From: an uncultured Chloroflexia bacterium
Lineage (GTDB): Bacteria; Chloroflexota; Anaerolineae; Anaerolineales; E44-bin32
Direction: 5' to 3'
NCBI GenBank assembly: GCA_963807065.1
Contig: CAWDZQ010000004.1
Location: forward strand, 450,249-514,248
DNA length: 64,000 bases
Below the pieces are notes generated by a model. It saw only the letters and a list, made by a program, of their open reading frames with translations, did no database searches and was not told the origin of the DNA. Positions within the stretch are counted from its first letter, which is position 1. Every line of letters begins with the position of its first letter. The translations under genes and the position numbers were made by a program. Positions 1-9,386 of the stretch are shown in pieces.

Positions 1-1
1 G

Positions 2-529
2 ACCGTCATCGAGTACACGACGGATCGCTTGCTGGAGAACGCCGGCTTCGCTCCGGAGGACATCCAGATCCTGGCCGTGCCCAAGATCCCGGATCGGATG
101 GCGCTGCTCAACTCGGGTGAACTCAAGGCTGCCAACTTGCCGGACCCGCTGGCTTCGCTAGCGATCCAACAGGGGGCCAGGGTGATTGTGGACGACAGCT
201 CAGACCCTCCCATCGGCAACAGTGTGATTTCTTTCCGCACGGCCTTCATCAATGACCAGCCTCAGGCCGTCCGCGGGTTTTTGGCCGCGGTCCAGAAGGC
301 AGCTGCCGATGTCAACGCCGACAAGTCCAAGTGGTCCGACCTGCTGACCGAGAAGAGCCTGGTTCCTGCCCCGCTTCTCGGCAGCTACCAGATCCCCGAC
401 TTCCCCAACGGGAGTGTGCCGACTCAGGCGCAGTTCGAAGATGTGCTGGCCTGGACCCACGATAAAGCGCTCGTCGAAACCGACGTGAGCTATGCAGACT
501 CAGTCACCGCTGACTACCTGCCGCACTAG
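2..529 (+). CDS. ABC transporter substrate-binding protein, NitT/TauT-like, C-terminal part (5' end outside window)
   Basis: Frame is open from base 2; the track ORF 29..529 begins at an internal TTG. Followed by cognate ATPase and permease genes. TAG stop at 527-529. Confidence 0.6.
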   Translation, partial: TVIEYTTDRLLENAGFAPEDIQILAVPKIPDRMALLNSGELKAANLPDPLASLAIQQGARVIVDDSSDPPIGNSVISFRTAFINDQPQAVRGFLAAVQKAAADVNADKSKWSDLLTEKSLVPAPLLGSYQIPDFPNGSVPTQAQFEDVLAWTHDKALVETDVSYADSVTADYLPH

Positions 530-559
530 AGTCGTGCACCTTTCGCCCCGGGCGGACGG

Positions 560-1333
560 ATGATCGATCTCCGGGATGTCAGCTTCCGCTACGTCGACGG
601 ACGGCCGGTCTTTCGCCATTTTTCGTGGCAGGTTGACCAGGGAGAAGCCTGGAGTGTGCTTGGGCCTTCGGGCTGTGGCAAGTCAACCCTGCTGTATCTT
701 CTGGCCGGGCTGCGGCAACCTATTGAAGGCGAAATCTGGGTGGCCGGAGAGCTGCTCACCCGGCCACGCCCCAAGACGGGGTTGATCCTCCAGGATTATG
801 GCCTGCTGCCCTGGGCGAGTGTGCGCGAAAACATCGCCTTGGGGCTGCGCATTCGAGGCTTCTATGGCCCCGACGGGACGCACGCTCCTCAAGGCGAAAC
901 CGTGGGGGGCATTCGGCAGCACGTCGAGCCCTGGCTTGACCGGCTTGGCCTGGGCGCCGTGGCGGAGAGCTTCCCCGGCCAAATTTCCGGCGGTCAGCGA
1001 CAGCGAACCGCCATTGCCCGCACCCTCGCCCTGCATCCGGACCTGCTTCTCATGGATGAGCCTTTCGCCTCGCTGGATGCGCCCACCCGCGAGGGGCTGC
1101 AGAACCTGACCCTTGAGCTTCGCCTGGAGCGCGGCCTGACCACGGTCATGGTCACGCATGCCATCGAAGAAGCCGCCCTGATGGGCACACGGGTCCTCGT
1201 CCTTGCAGATCTCCCAAACTCACATCCCGCCATCTTCGACAATCCCGGGGCCGCCACGCCCGGGTATCGAAGCCGAGGCGCCTACACGGACATGGTGAAT
1301 AGGCTCCGGCAGGCTCTGGAGCGTGCCGCATGA
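560..1333 (+). CDS. ABC transporter ATP-binding protein (NitT/TauT type)
   Basis: 257 aa with Walker A GPSGCGKST, ABC signature ISGGQRQR, Walker B LLLMDEP and H-loop VTHA. Confidence 0.9.
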   Translation: MIDLRDVSFRYVDGRPVFRHFSWQVDQGEAWSVLGPSGCGKSTLLYLLAGLRQPIEGEIWVAGELLTRPRPKTGLILQDYGLLPWASVRENIALGLRIRGFYGPDGTHAPQGETVGGIRQHVEPWLDRLGLGAVAESFPGQISGGQRQRTAIARTLALHPDLLLMDEPFASLDAPTREGLQNLTLELRLERGLTTVMVTHAIEEAALMGTRVLVLADLPNSHPAIFDNPGAATPGYRSRGAYTDMVNRLRQALERAA

Positions 1334-2070
1334 CGCGCGGCAAGTTGGGCCTGGCCGCCCTGGCCCTGCTGGTCGTTTGGCAGGCGTTGGCCTGGTTGGT
1401 CCACCGCCCAATCCTCCCACAGCCGTGGATCGTACTGGCGACTTTTGCCACCGAGTTGCCGAACGCGCTGGGGATCGATTTCCTGGCTAGCCTGTGGCGT
1501 GTCCTGGCCTCAATGGCCCTATCCGTCGCCCTGGCGGTGCCGGCCGGGTTGGTCCTCGGCCAGTCCAGACGCCTTGATCGCATCTTCGCCCCCATAATCT
1601 ACATCCTGTTCCCCATACCGAAGGTCGTGCTGGTGCCGGTGGTGCTGCTGTTCCTGGGCGTGGGCGACCTGCCAAAGATCGTGATCATCTTCATGATTCT
1701 CTTCTTCCAGATCCTGGTCCTGGTGCGGGATCAGGCGGCCGGGATCCGGCCCGAACTGCTGCATTCCGTGCGCAGCCTCGGCGCCGGACGGCGTGCCCTG
1801 TTCCGGTTTGTTTACCTGCCGGCCAGCCTGCCGGCCATCCTGACGGCGCTGCGACAGTCGGTGGGCACGGCGGTGGCCGTGCTCTACATCGCCGAGTTGT
1901 TCGCCACCCAACGCGGCCTCGGTTACTACATCTATCTCAACGGGAGCACCCTGCTCAACTACCCCAAAATGTACGCCGGCGTGCTGGCCATGAGCCTACT
2001 GGGGTTGGGCCTGTACTTTGCGGTGGACTGGGTTCACCAGCGCCTGTGTCCATGGCAGTTTGTGAGCTGA
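1330..2070 (+). CDS. ABC transporter permease
   Basis: 246 aa, strongly hydrophobic multi-TM protein. ATGA start/stop overlap with the upstream ATPase gene. Confidence 0.85.
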   Translation: MTRGKLGLAALALLVVWQALAWLVHRPILPQPWIVLATFATELPNALGIDFLASLWRVLASMALSVALAVPAGLVLGQSRRLDRIFAPIIYILFPIPKVVLVPVVLLFLGVGDLPKIVIIFMILFFQILVLVRDQAAGIRPELLHSVRSLGAGRRALFRFVYLPASLPAILTALRQSVGTAVAVLYIAELFATQRGLGYYIYLNGSTLLNYPKMYAGVLAMSLLGLGLYFAVDWVHQRLCPWQFVS

Positions 2071-2145
2071 CCGGCCGATGCCGCTCCGGTTTCTTCCCCC
2101 ATCAAACCTTCCCTTACCCAACCTTGCCTGGAAGGAGCCGGCGCG

Positions 2146-2850
2146 GTGACGCATTTACAGGGAGAGCAGCGCTCCGAGTATGTGCGACGAATGTTCGGAC
2201 GCATCGCAGGGCGCTATGATCTCCTCAACCGGGTGATGACCGGCGGCCAGGACGTGCGCTGGCGGCGCGAGGTGGTCCGGCGGCTGAACCCCCGAGCCGG
2301 AGGGCGCTACCTGGATCTGGGCGCCGGCACAGGCGATTTGGCCTTCGAGATTCGACGCCAGGCGCCCGGGGCCGTGTGCGTCGCCGCCGACTTCACCCCC
2401 GAAATGATCGCCGTAGGGCGTGTGCGCCACCTCGCCCACCAGCCCGGGTGGGTCGTGGCTGATGCCCAGCACTTGCCGTTCGCCAGCGCCTCGTTCGACG
2501 GGTTGGTATCCGGCTTCCTGCTGCGCAACGTGGTCAATCTGGAGGCCAGCCTTTCGGAACAGCTGCGGGTGCTCAGGCCGGGAGCAACCTGGGTGGCTCT
2601 GGATACTTCGCCACCGCCACCCGGACCCCTTCGCCCTTTGATCGAGCTGCACTTGCATCGCGTCGTCCCCCTCCTCGGCCAAATCCTGGCCGGGGATCCG
2701 GATGCCTACACCTATCTTCCCGACTCTACGGAGGGCTTTCTGGCCCCGGAGGCATTGCTCGAGCGTTTGGCCGCCGCCGGTTTCTCGGATGGGGCCTACC
2801 TGCGGCGGATGTTCGGAACGATTGCCATCTACTCGGCACGCGTGCCCTGA
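2146..2850 (+). CDS. ubiE: Demethylmenaquinone/ubiquinone C-methyltransferase (UbiE/MenG family)
   Basis: GTG start with GGAAGGAG 8 nt upstream. N-terminus YVRRMFGRIAGRYDLLNRVMTGGQDVRWRR and SAM motif LDLGAGTGD are typical of UbiE/MenG. Confidence 0.85.
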   Translation: MTHLQGEQRSEYVRRMFGRIAGRYDLLNRVMTGGQDVRWRREVVRRLNPRAGGRYLDLGAGTGDLAFEIRRQAPGAVCVAADFTPEMIAVGRVRHLAHQPGWVVADAQHLPFASASFDGLVSGFLLRNVVNLEASLSEQLRVLRPGATWVALDTSPPPPGPLRPLIELHLHRVVPLLGQILAGDPDAYTYLPDSTEGFLAPEALLERLAAAGFSDGAYLRRMFGTIAIYSARVP

Positions 2851-2918
2851 CGCGCAGCAACCACCGCCAATGGTAGACTTGGTGCCTTAGACCCCAGTCC
2901 CCACTCGGAGGCCCTCCT

Positions 2919-3473
2919 TTGCAGCCCTGGCAGACTCTCAACTCCCGCCTGCTCCTCGATCGATCGCCATGGCTACGTGTCCTGGCTGAGGACGTCCAGC
3001 TTCCCGACGGCCGGGTGGTTGAAGCTTACCTGCGGCTGGACACTCCCGACTACATCATGGTCGTGCCGGTGGACGAGGGCGGACGGATCGGCTTTATCCG
3101 CTCCTACAAGCGCGGCGTCGACGACATCGATCTCCAGCCCCCGGCGGGGATGATCGAACCCGGCGAGGATCCTCTGGCCAGCGCACAGCGGGAGCTGCTC
3201 GAGGAAATGGGCTGCCGGGCAGACGCGTGGCAAGACCTGGGTAAGTACGTCATTGGCGGCAACATGCGCGGTGGCTGGGCTCACTTGTTCCTGGCCACCG
3301 GGTGCCGCCAGGTGGCGGCGCCGAATTCGGGAGATCTTGAGGAGCAGGAGGTCGTCTGGCTCTCGGGGGCCGAAGCGCAAGCCCTGTGGCTTGGCGGCAA
3401 TCTGGCCCAAATGTCGTCGGCTGCTGCCCTAGGCCTGGCTTTCGCCCACCTGATGGCTTCCAGCGAGGATTAA
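2919..3473 (+). CDS. NUDIX hydrolase
   Basis: Nudix box GMIEPGEDPLASAQRELLEEMG. TTG start preceded by GGAGG. Confidence 0.85.
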   Translation: MQPWQTLNSRLLLDRSPWLRVLAEDVQLPDGRVVEAYLRLDTPDYIMVVPVDEGGRIGFIRSYKRGVDDIDLQPPAGMIEPGEDPLASAQRELLEEMGCRADAWQDLGKYVIGGNMRGGWAHLFLATGCRQVAAPNSGDLEEQEVVWLSGAEAQALWLGGNLAQMSSAAALGLAFAHLMASSED

Positions 3474-4207
3474 TGGATTCGTCTAATCTGCCGCGGGCTG
3501 CCCTGCGCGGCGAGCCTTCCTATGTCTGGCGTGCCGGGCAGGCTCGGCGCTGGGAGATGATCGTGACCGCCGCCGGTGGACGTGAACGCGGACGGGTGCT
3601 GGATTGCGGCTGCGGGATCGGCGCCTATTTAGGCCACATGGAAACCCAGGCGGATCGGGCCTACGGACTGGAGTACGACTTCGACCGGGCACAGGTGGCG
3701 CGCCTCAGCCAGCACGACGTGGTCTGTGCCGCCTCCGAGCATTTGCCCTTTCCCTCCGGCACTTTCGACCTGATCCTGTCTCACGAGGTCCTCGAGCATG
3801 TGTCCGACGACCACCAGTCCGTTCGCGCCATGCTTCGGGTCTTGCGCAAGGGGGGGCGCCTGGTTGTGTTCGTCCCCAATCGCGGCTATCCCTTCGAGAC
3901 GCACGGCATCTTCTGGCGGGGACGTTATCACTTCGGCAACATACCCCTGGTGAACTACCTTCCACGGAGCCTGCGCGACAAACTGGCACCCCACGTCCGC
4001 GTGTACAGTCCTGCCGATATTCGATCTCTGTTCGAGGGATTGGCCTGCGAACCCGTGAGCGCCACGATCATATTCGGAGCCTACGACAACCTGATCGCCC
4101 GCTGGCCGACCCCGGGTCGCATCTTGCGCAGGCTGCTTCAGGCCATGGAGGCCACCCCGCTCAGGGCGCTCGGACTCTCCCACTTCTGGGTTCTAGAGAA
4201 GCTCTGA
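3473..4207 (+). CDS. Class I SAM-dependent methyltransferase
   Basis: ATG overlaps the NUDIX stop (TAATG at 3471-3475). Motif I VLDCGCGIGAY. The longer track ORF from 3386 would overlap the NUDIX gene and is not used. Confidence 0.8.
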   Translation: MDSSNLPRAALRGEPSYVWRAGQARRWEMIVTAAGGRERGRVLDCGCGIGAYLGHMETQADRAYGLEYDFDRAQVARLSQHDVVCAASEHLPFPSGTFDLILSHEVLEHVSDDHQSVRAMLRVLRKGGRLVVFVPNRGYPFETHGIFWRGRYHFGNIPLVNYLPRSLRDKLAPHVRVYSPADIRSLFEGLACEPVSATIIFGAYDNLIARWPTPGRILRRLLQAMEATPLRALGLSHFWVLEKL

Positions 4208-4223
4208 CCGCCATCTTCTGCGC

Positions 4224-4254
4224 CCAATAAAACCGGCGCCTTCGGGCGCCGGTT
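4224..4254 (-). terminator. Rho-independent terminator downstream of citrate synthase (possibly bidirectional)
   Basis: Perfect 10-bp stem AACCGGCGCC / GGCGCCGGTT with 4-nt loop, followed on the minus strand by TTTTATT. Lies between convergent genes. Confidence 0.7.
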
Positions 4255-4288
4255 AACTTCATGACAGCCTGAGCGCAAAACCGCCTGC

Positions 4289-5461
4289 CTAACGCTCCGC
4301 CACCGGCACCCAGGTCCTGCCCGTGGCCCCGACATAAGTGGCGCGTGGCCGAATCAGGACATCGTCTTCGATCTGCTCCAGGACGTTGGCAGACCACCCT
4401 CCCATGCGGCCCATGGCGAAGACCGAAGAAAAGATGGGTGGCTCGAGCCCGACACCGTGCAGCACCAAGGCCGTGTAGAACTCAACATTGGTTCGCAGAT
4501 TTCGGCCCGGTTTGAGTTCATCCAGCACGTCGATGAAAGCCGCCTCGCAAGTGCGCGCGTCGTCATACAGTTGACTGTCTCCGGTCCGCTCGAAGAGCTT
4601 CTCCGCCGCCGCACCCAGGACGTCGGCGCGCGGGTCGCGCACCTTGTAGACGCGGTGCCCGAAACCCATGATGCGGTCTCCCGCCTCGACCGTTTCCCTG
4701 GCCCATGCCCGGGCGATCTCCCCGATCGGCCTACCCGAGTCCGCTGCTTTCTTCTGCAGGGCGAACACGGTGTCCAAGGCCGGGCCGGGCGCTCCACCAT
4801 GAAGCGGACCTTTGAGCGCACCGACGGCGCCGACCACCGCCGAGATCATGTCGGAGCGGGTGCTGACGATTACCCGCGCGGTGAAGGTCGAGGCATTCAT
4901 GCCGTGATCGACGACGGTGTTGAGATACGTTTCCAAGCCTCGCACGGCCGCCGTATGTGGTTCTTCATCGAACAGCATGTACAGGAAATTGGCCGCCTGG
5001 CCCAGGTCCTGGCGAGGTGAGACAGGCTTTTGACCGCGCAAGAGCCGCCACATCGCCGCCACCACCGTGGGCGCGTGGGCCACCAGCGAAATGGCCCGCC
5101 TTAGATTGGCCGGCCGCGATGTGTCGGAAGGGTCTGGATCCACCAGGCTGAGGCTGTCGAGCCCGAGCCGCAGGCCGTCCATCGGCGGCAGCCCCCTTTC
5201 GGCGGCCGCCGCCAGCACATCCAAGGTGGCCTTGGGCAGCCCGCGCTCAGCCGCGATGCCGGAAGTTAGGGCCAGGAGTTCCTTGGCATTCGGAAGGCGA
5301 TCGTGCCACAGCAGGTGGACCACCTCCTCATAGCTGGCGTTGGGCGCCAACTCCTGGACGGGGTAGCCCGCAATCGTCAGTTTTCCAGCTTGTCCGTCGA
5401 CCTGGCTGAGATGCGTCTCCGTCAGTATCACGCCTTGGAGACCACGTGCGATGTCGGTCAT
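4289..5461 (-). CDS. gltA: Citrate synthase (citrate/2-methylcitrate synthase family)
   Basis: 390 aa with family motifs LHGGAPG and GFGHRVYKVRDPRA. TAG stop. Confidence 0.9.
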   Translation of the reverse strand: MTDIARGLQGVILTETHLSQVDGQAGKLTIAGYPVQELAPNASYEEVVHLLWHDRLPNAKELLALTSGIAAERGLPKATLDVLAAAAERGLPPMDGLRLGLDSLSLVDPDPSDTSRPANLRRAISLVAHAPTVVAAMWRLLRGQKPVSPRQDLGQAANFLYMLFDEEPHTAAVRGLETYLNTVVDHGMNASTFTARVIVSTRSDMISAVVGAVGALKGPLHGGAPGPALDTVFALQKKAADSGRPIGEIARAWARETVEAGDRIMGFGHRVYKVRDPRADVLGAAAEKLFERTGDSQLYDDARTCEAAFIDVLDELKPGRNLRTNVEFYTALVLHGVGLEPPIFSSVFAMGRMGGWSANVLEQIEDDVLIRPRATYVGATGRTWVPVAER

Positions 5462-5486
5462 GACCTTGGGGGTCCTTGCCTTTCTA

Positions 5487-5502
5487 TGTGAGAAATTTCA
5501 CA
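5487..5502. promoter_or_regulatory. Palindrome TGTGA-N6-TCACA, copy 1 of 5 (CRP/FNR-type geometry)
   Basis: TGTGAgaaattTCACA sits 26 nt upstream of the gltA start and 27 nt downstream of the lpd stop. AT-rich island in GC-rich DNA. Confidence 0.5.
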
Positions 5503-5528
5503 AACTGCTGCTTGGGCTCACTCGTCCC

Positions 5529-6926
5529 TTAGATGTGGATGGGTGTGCCTTCGGCCACGTGGGCGGCTTCCATGAGCGCCTCGCTCAGCGTGGGGTGGAT
5601 GTGCACGTTGCGGGCAATCTCGGCCGGCGTGAGTTCCATCATGTGGGCGAGGGTCAGCTCGGGCAGCAGCTCGGTGACTTCAGGGCCCACCAGGTGCGCG
5701 CCCAGGATCTCACCGTACTTGGCATCCACCACCATCTTGACCCAGCCTGCACTTTCGCCCATGGCCAGGGCCCGCCCGTTGGCCTGGAAGGGGAAGCGGC
5801 CGATCTCCACTTCGTAGCCGCGTTCCTTGGCCTGGTCTTCTGTCAAACCAAACGATGCGATCTGGGGCTGGGAGAAGGTGCCGCGGGGCATCATCTCATA
5901 GTCCAGCTCGACCGTTTCAACTCCGGCGATCCGCTCGGCGCAGACGATCCCCATCGCCGAGGCGACGTGGGCCAGCGGAAGTTTTCCGGTGATATCCCCG
6001 ATGGCCCACACGCCGGAGACATTGGTGGCCATGGCCGAATCCACCTTCACCCACCCCCTGTCCGTGGTGTTGACCCCAGCTTTATCCAACCCCAAGCCAC
6101 CGGTGTTCGGGGTCCAACCGATGGCAATCAGAGCCTGATCTGCGTCCAGCGTCTGGTCGCCCTCTTCGCCGGAGATGTTGACCTTGACCTTGGTCTTGAG
6201 CACCTCGATGCCGGCGACCTTGGTGCCGACGTGGAACTTGATACCGCGCTTGCGGAAAGCCCTCGCCAACTCCTTCCCGACTTCCGGGTCCTCGCGCGGG
6301 GCCAGCCGGTCGAGCATTTCCACCAGCGTCACGTCGACCCCATATGAGTGCCAGATGGTGGCGAACTCCAATCCAATCGGCCCGGCGCCGACGATCACAG
6401 CCGAGCTGGGCAGGCTGTCGGCCATAATCGCTTCCAGATAGCTGACCACCCGCTCGCCGTCGGCTTCCACGCCGGGGATCATGGCTGCCCTGGCCCCGGT
6501 GGCGATGACGATGTTGTCGCCCGTCAGGGTGCTGGCCTTCCCGGTGTCATCGGTTAGGCTCAGCGTCTTGGCGTCCTTGAATTCCGCAGCGGCCATATGG
6601 ACGTCGATCCCATTCTTCTTCATCAGGAATCCGACGCCCTTGGTCAGGCGGTCGGAGGCAGCCCGGCTTCGTCTGAAGGCCACACTGTAATCCAATTTCA
6701 GGCCCTCAAGTTCGAAGCCGTACTCTTCGCCGCGTTCACGCAGGGTGTGCGCCACGTGGGCGCTGTCCAGCAGCGACTTGGATGGAATGCAGCCGACATT
6801 CAGGCACACCCCCCCAAGCCATTGTTTGTCGACGATGGCCGATTTCAGGCCGAGCTGTGCGGCGCGGATGGCGCACACGTACCCGCCCGGTCCCGCGCCG
6901 ACGACGATGACATCATAGTCTGCCAT
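5529..6926 (-). CDS. lpdA: Dihydrolipoyl dehydrogenase (E3)
   Basis: 465 aa. FAD fold VVGAGPGG, redox-active disulfide GGVCLNVGCIPSK, C-terminal HIHPTLSE interface motif. Confidence 0.95.
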   Translation of the reverse strand: MADYDVIVVGAGPGGYVCAIRAAQLGLKSAIVDKQWLGGVCLNVGCIPSKSLLDSAHVAHTLRERGEEYGFELEGLKLDYSVAFRRSRAASDRLTKGVGFLMKKNGIDVHMAAAEFKDAKTLSLTDDTGKASTLTGDNIVIATGARAAMIPGVEADGERVVSYLEAIMADSLPSSAVIVGAGPIGLEFATIWHSYGVDVTLVEMLDRLAPREDPEVGKELARAFRKRGIKFHVGTKVAGIEVLKTKVKVNISGEEGDQTLDADQALIAIGWTPNTGGLGLDKAGVNTTDRGWVKVDSAMATNVSGVWAIGDITGKLPLAHVASAMGIVCAERIAGVETVELDYEMMPRGTFSQPQIASFGLTEDQAKERGYEVEIGRFPFQANGRALAMGESAGWVKMVVDAKYGEILGAHLVGPEVTELLPELTLAHMMELTPAEIARNVHIHPTLSEALMEAAHVAEGTPIHI

Positions 6927-7019
6927 GCAGGCATTCCTCCTGATCGGTGCTCAGGGCAGCTGGACGGCCGCCCTGCCTGTGACGTTTGTCTTTGGAAGCC
7001 GATGGCGCCGAGCTTGAGA

Positions 7020-8330
7020 TCAGGCCCAGGCCTCCAGCGTTTTAACCACCTGTCCAAGGAACGCATCGCCGATGGCGCCGTCCATGATCCGGTGGTCAAA
7101 GGTCAAGGTCAAGTAGACCATGGGGCGGATGGCCATACCATCCGCTCGATCGCCGGCCGGGGTCTGGCTTTCCACTACCACAACCCGCTTTTGGATGGCG
7201 CCCACGCCCAGGATCCCGGACTGCGGCTGGTTAATGATCGGCGTGGCAAACAGCGAACCACTGACGCCGTGGTTGGTAATTGTAAATGTTCCCCCTTGCA
7301 CCTCTTCCGGCTGAAGCTGGCGCGCCCGTGCGCGTCCAGCCAGATCTTCGAGCGCCGCCGCCAGGCCGCGCAGGGACAACTGGTCGGCGATCTTGATCAC
7401 CGGCACGATCAGGCCGTCTTCGCCGAGCGAAACGGCCATGCCCAGATTGACCTGGCCGTGGTACTGAATGCCTTCCCCGGTCAGTGAGGCGTTGACGACC
7501 GGGATCGCCTTCAGCGCCTGAACCGTCGCCAGCGCAAAGTACGCCGAGAAGGTCAACCGCACGCCGTCGCGTTCGAATTCGGCTTTGTGCGCGTTCCGGT
7601 GGGCGACCACCCGGCTCAGGTCGGCTTCCATGAGCGTGGTGACATGCGGGCTGGTGTGCTTCGAACGCAGCATGTGTTCGGCAATGGCCTTGCGCACCGG
7701 ACCCAGCGGTTCGATGTCACCAGGTGTGCTCTTTCCGGTTTCGCCCCGCCAACCGGAGGCCGGTCCGAAGATCTCCTCGGACGGCCGGAAGAGTTCCCCA
7801 GAGGCCGGCTCCTCCCACGGGGCTGCGATCGGCGCCGCCGCTCCGCCACCTTCGATGTAGGCGAGTACGTCCTTCTTGGTGATACGGCCGTCCCGGCCGG
7901 TGCCCTCAATTTGGCTCAGGTCGAGCTGGTGCTCGGAGGCCATGCGGGCCACAACAGGCGAGATAAACCCCAATTCCTTCGCCCGTCCGCTGCGGGTCGG
8001 CGCGGCCTGAGGCGGCTTGACTTTGGCGGCCGGTGAGGCGGCGGCCATGACCTTCTGCGTGGCGCCCTCCCCGGCTTCAGGCGCCTCTTCGCCGGCTAGG
8101 CCGATCATGGCCAGGAGGCGACCGGCCTCCACCGTCTCGCCCTCCCCCACGTACACCTTGAGCACGACCCCGCTGGCCGGGGAGGGCACTTCGGTGTCCA
8201 CCTTGTCGGTGTTGATCTCGACCAGGGGCTCGAACTCTTCGACGTCGTCGCCCGGCTGCTTCAGCCAACGGGTCACGGTCCCTTCGACGACCAACTCGCC
8301 CAGTTGGGGCATGATGACCTTGGTTGCCAT
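7020..8330 (-). CDS. Dihydrolipoamide acyltransferase (E2) of a 2-oxoacid dehydrogenase complex
   Basis: N-terminal lipoyl domain (EINTDKVDTEV), Ala/Pro linker, subunit-binding region, C-terminal catalytic FDHRIMDG. Confidence 0.9.
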   Translation of the reverse strand: MATKVIMPQLGELVVEGTVTRWLKQPGDDVEEFEPLVEINTDKVDTEVPSPASGVVLKVYVGEGETVEAGRLLAMIGLAGEEAPEAGEGATQKVMAAASPAAKVKPPQAAPTRSGRAKELGFISPVVARMASEHQLDLSQIEGTGRDGRITKKDVLAYIEGGGAAAPIAAPWEEPASGELFRPSEEIFGPASGWRGETGKSTPGDIEPLGPVRKAIAEHMLRSKHTSPHVTTLMEADLSRVVAHRNAHKAEFERDGVRLTFSAYFALATVQALKAIPVVNASLTGEGIQYHGQVNLGMAVSLGEDGLIVPVIKIADQLSLRGLAAALEDLAGRARARQLQPEEVQGGTFTITNHGVSGSLFATPIINQPQSGILGVGAIQKRVVVVESQTPAGDRADGMAIRPMVYLTLTFDHRIMDGAIGDAFLGQVVKTLEAWA

Positions 8331-8399
8331 CTTGAATTGCGCCTCCTAGCTTCCGAGCACATTTGCCGAGCGCGCAGGCCGGCCGGACGTTGATCCGAA

Positions 8400-9386
8400 C
8401 TAGTAGGCCGCCAGGTCGCGCATGGCGGCGGCGATTTTCTCCGGATTGAGCATGAACCAATCCTGCAGTGGATGGCTGTAGGGCATGGCCGGCACGTCGG
8501 GACCCGCCAGCCGTTTCACCGGGGCATCCAGAAACGTGAAGGCCCCGTCCGCCACGATGGCGGCAATCTCCGCCCCGTAGCCGCAGGTTATGTTGTCTTC
8601 GTACACCACCAACGCCTTGCCGGTCTTGCGGACCGAGTCCAACACGGTCGCCCTGTCGAGCGGAAGCAGGCTGCGCAGGTCGACTACCTCGACCTGGACG
8701 CCCTCACTGGCCAGCTGTTCGGCCGCTTCCAGGCAGTAGTGGTGCATCATCCCATAGGCAAAGACGCTGAGATCGGTGCCCTCACGGGTGACCTTGGCCT
8801 TCCCCAGGGGAACCAGCACCTCTTCGTCCTCGGGCACATCCCCCTTGATCAACCGGTAGCCCTTCTTGGGTTCGAAGACCATCACTGGATTGGGATCGCG
8901 CACGGCCGATTTGAGCAGACCCTTGGCGTCGTAAGGCGTGGACGGGATGACGACTTTGAGCCCCGGAACGTGAGCGAAGAAGGCCTCAACCGATTGGGAA
9001 TGGTACAGCCCGCCGCCGATGCCGCCGCCATAGGGAGCGCGGATGACCATCGGGACGGTCCATTCGCCGTTGGACCGGTAGCACATCTTGGCGGCTTCGC
9101 TGACGATCTGGTTGAAGGCTGGATAGATGAAATCCGCAAACTGGATCTCGCAAATGGGCCGCATCCCGTACAGCGCGGCTCCGATCCCCACGCCCACGAT
9201 CGATAGCTCCGCCAGAGGGGAATCCATCACCCGGTCGGCGCCATACTTCTCAAACAAACCCATGGTGGCCCGAAAGACACCCCCGCGCGGCCCGACATCC
9301 TCGCCCACGATAAACACGTCATCATCGCGGGCCAGTTCTTCATCCATCGCCTGCCGCAGGCCTTCGATCAACGTGATCTCAGTCAT
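8400..9386 (-). CDS. 2-oxoacid dehydrogenase E1 component, beta subunit
   Basis: Start chosen at MTEITLIEGLRQAMDEE, an 8-nt overlap with the E1-alpha stop. Transketolase-like pyrimidine-binding and C-terminal domains recognisable by eye. Confidence 0.9.
   Translation of the reverse strand: MTEITLIEGLRQAMDEELARDDDVFIVGEDVGPRGGVFRATMGLFEKYGADRVMDSPLAELSIVGVGIGAALYGMRPICEIQFADFIYPAFNQIVSEAAKMCYRSNGEWTVPMVIRAPYGGGIGGGLYHSQSVEAFFAHVPGLKVVIPSTPYDAKGLLKSAVRDPNPVMVFEPKKGYRLIKGDVPEDEEVLVPLGKAKVTREGTDLSVFAYGMMHHYCLEAAEQLASEGVQVEVVDLRSLLPLDRATVLDSVRKTGKALVVYEDNITCGYGAEIAAIVADGAFTFLDAPVKRLAGPDVPAMPYSHPLQDWFMLNPEKIAAAMRDLAAY

Noticed and set aside
5451-6347. Long ORFs antisense to, or out of frame with, clear genes. 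Examples: 5451..6347 opposite lpd, 16191..17234 and 17262..18122 opposite thrS, 40567..41658 opposite tuf, 28222..28953 opposite sthA, 15112..16095 opposite the L,D-transpeptidase.
   Set aside because: These are typical GC-rich shadow ORFs. Their translations are Arg/Pro/Gly/Ala-rich with no recognisable motifs, and each fully overlaps a gene with strong family signatures.
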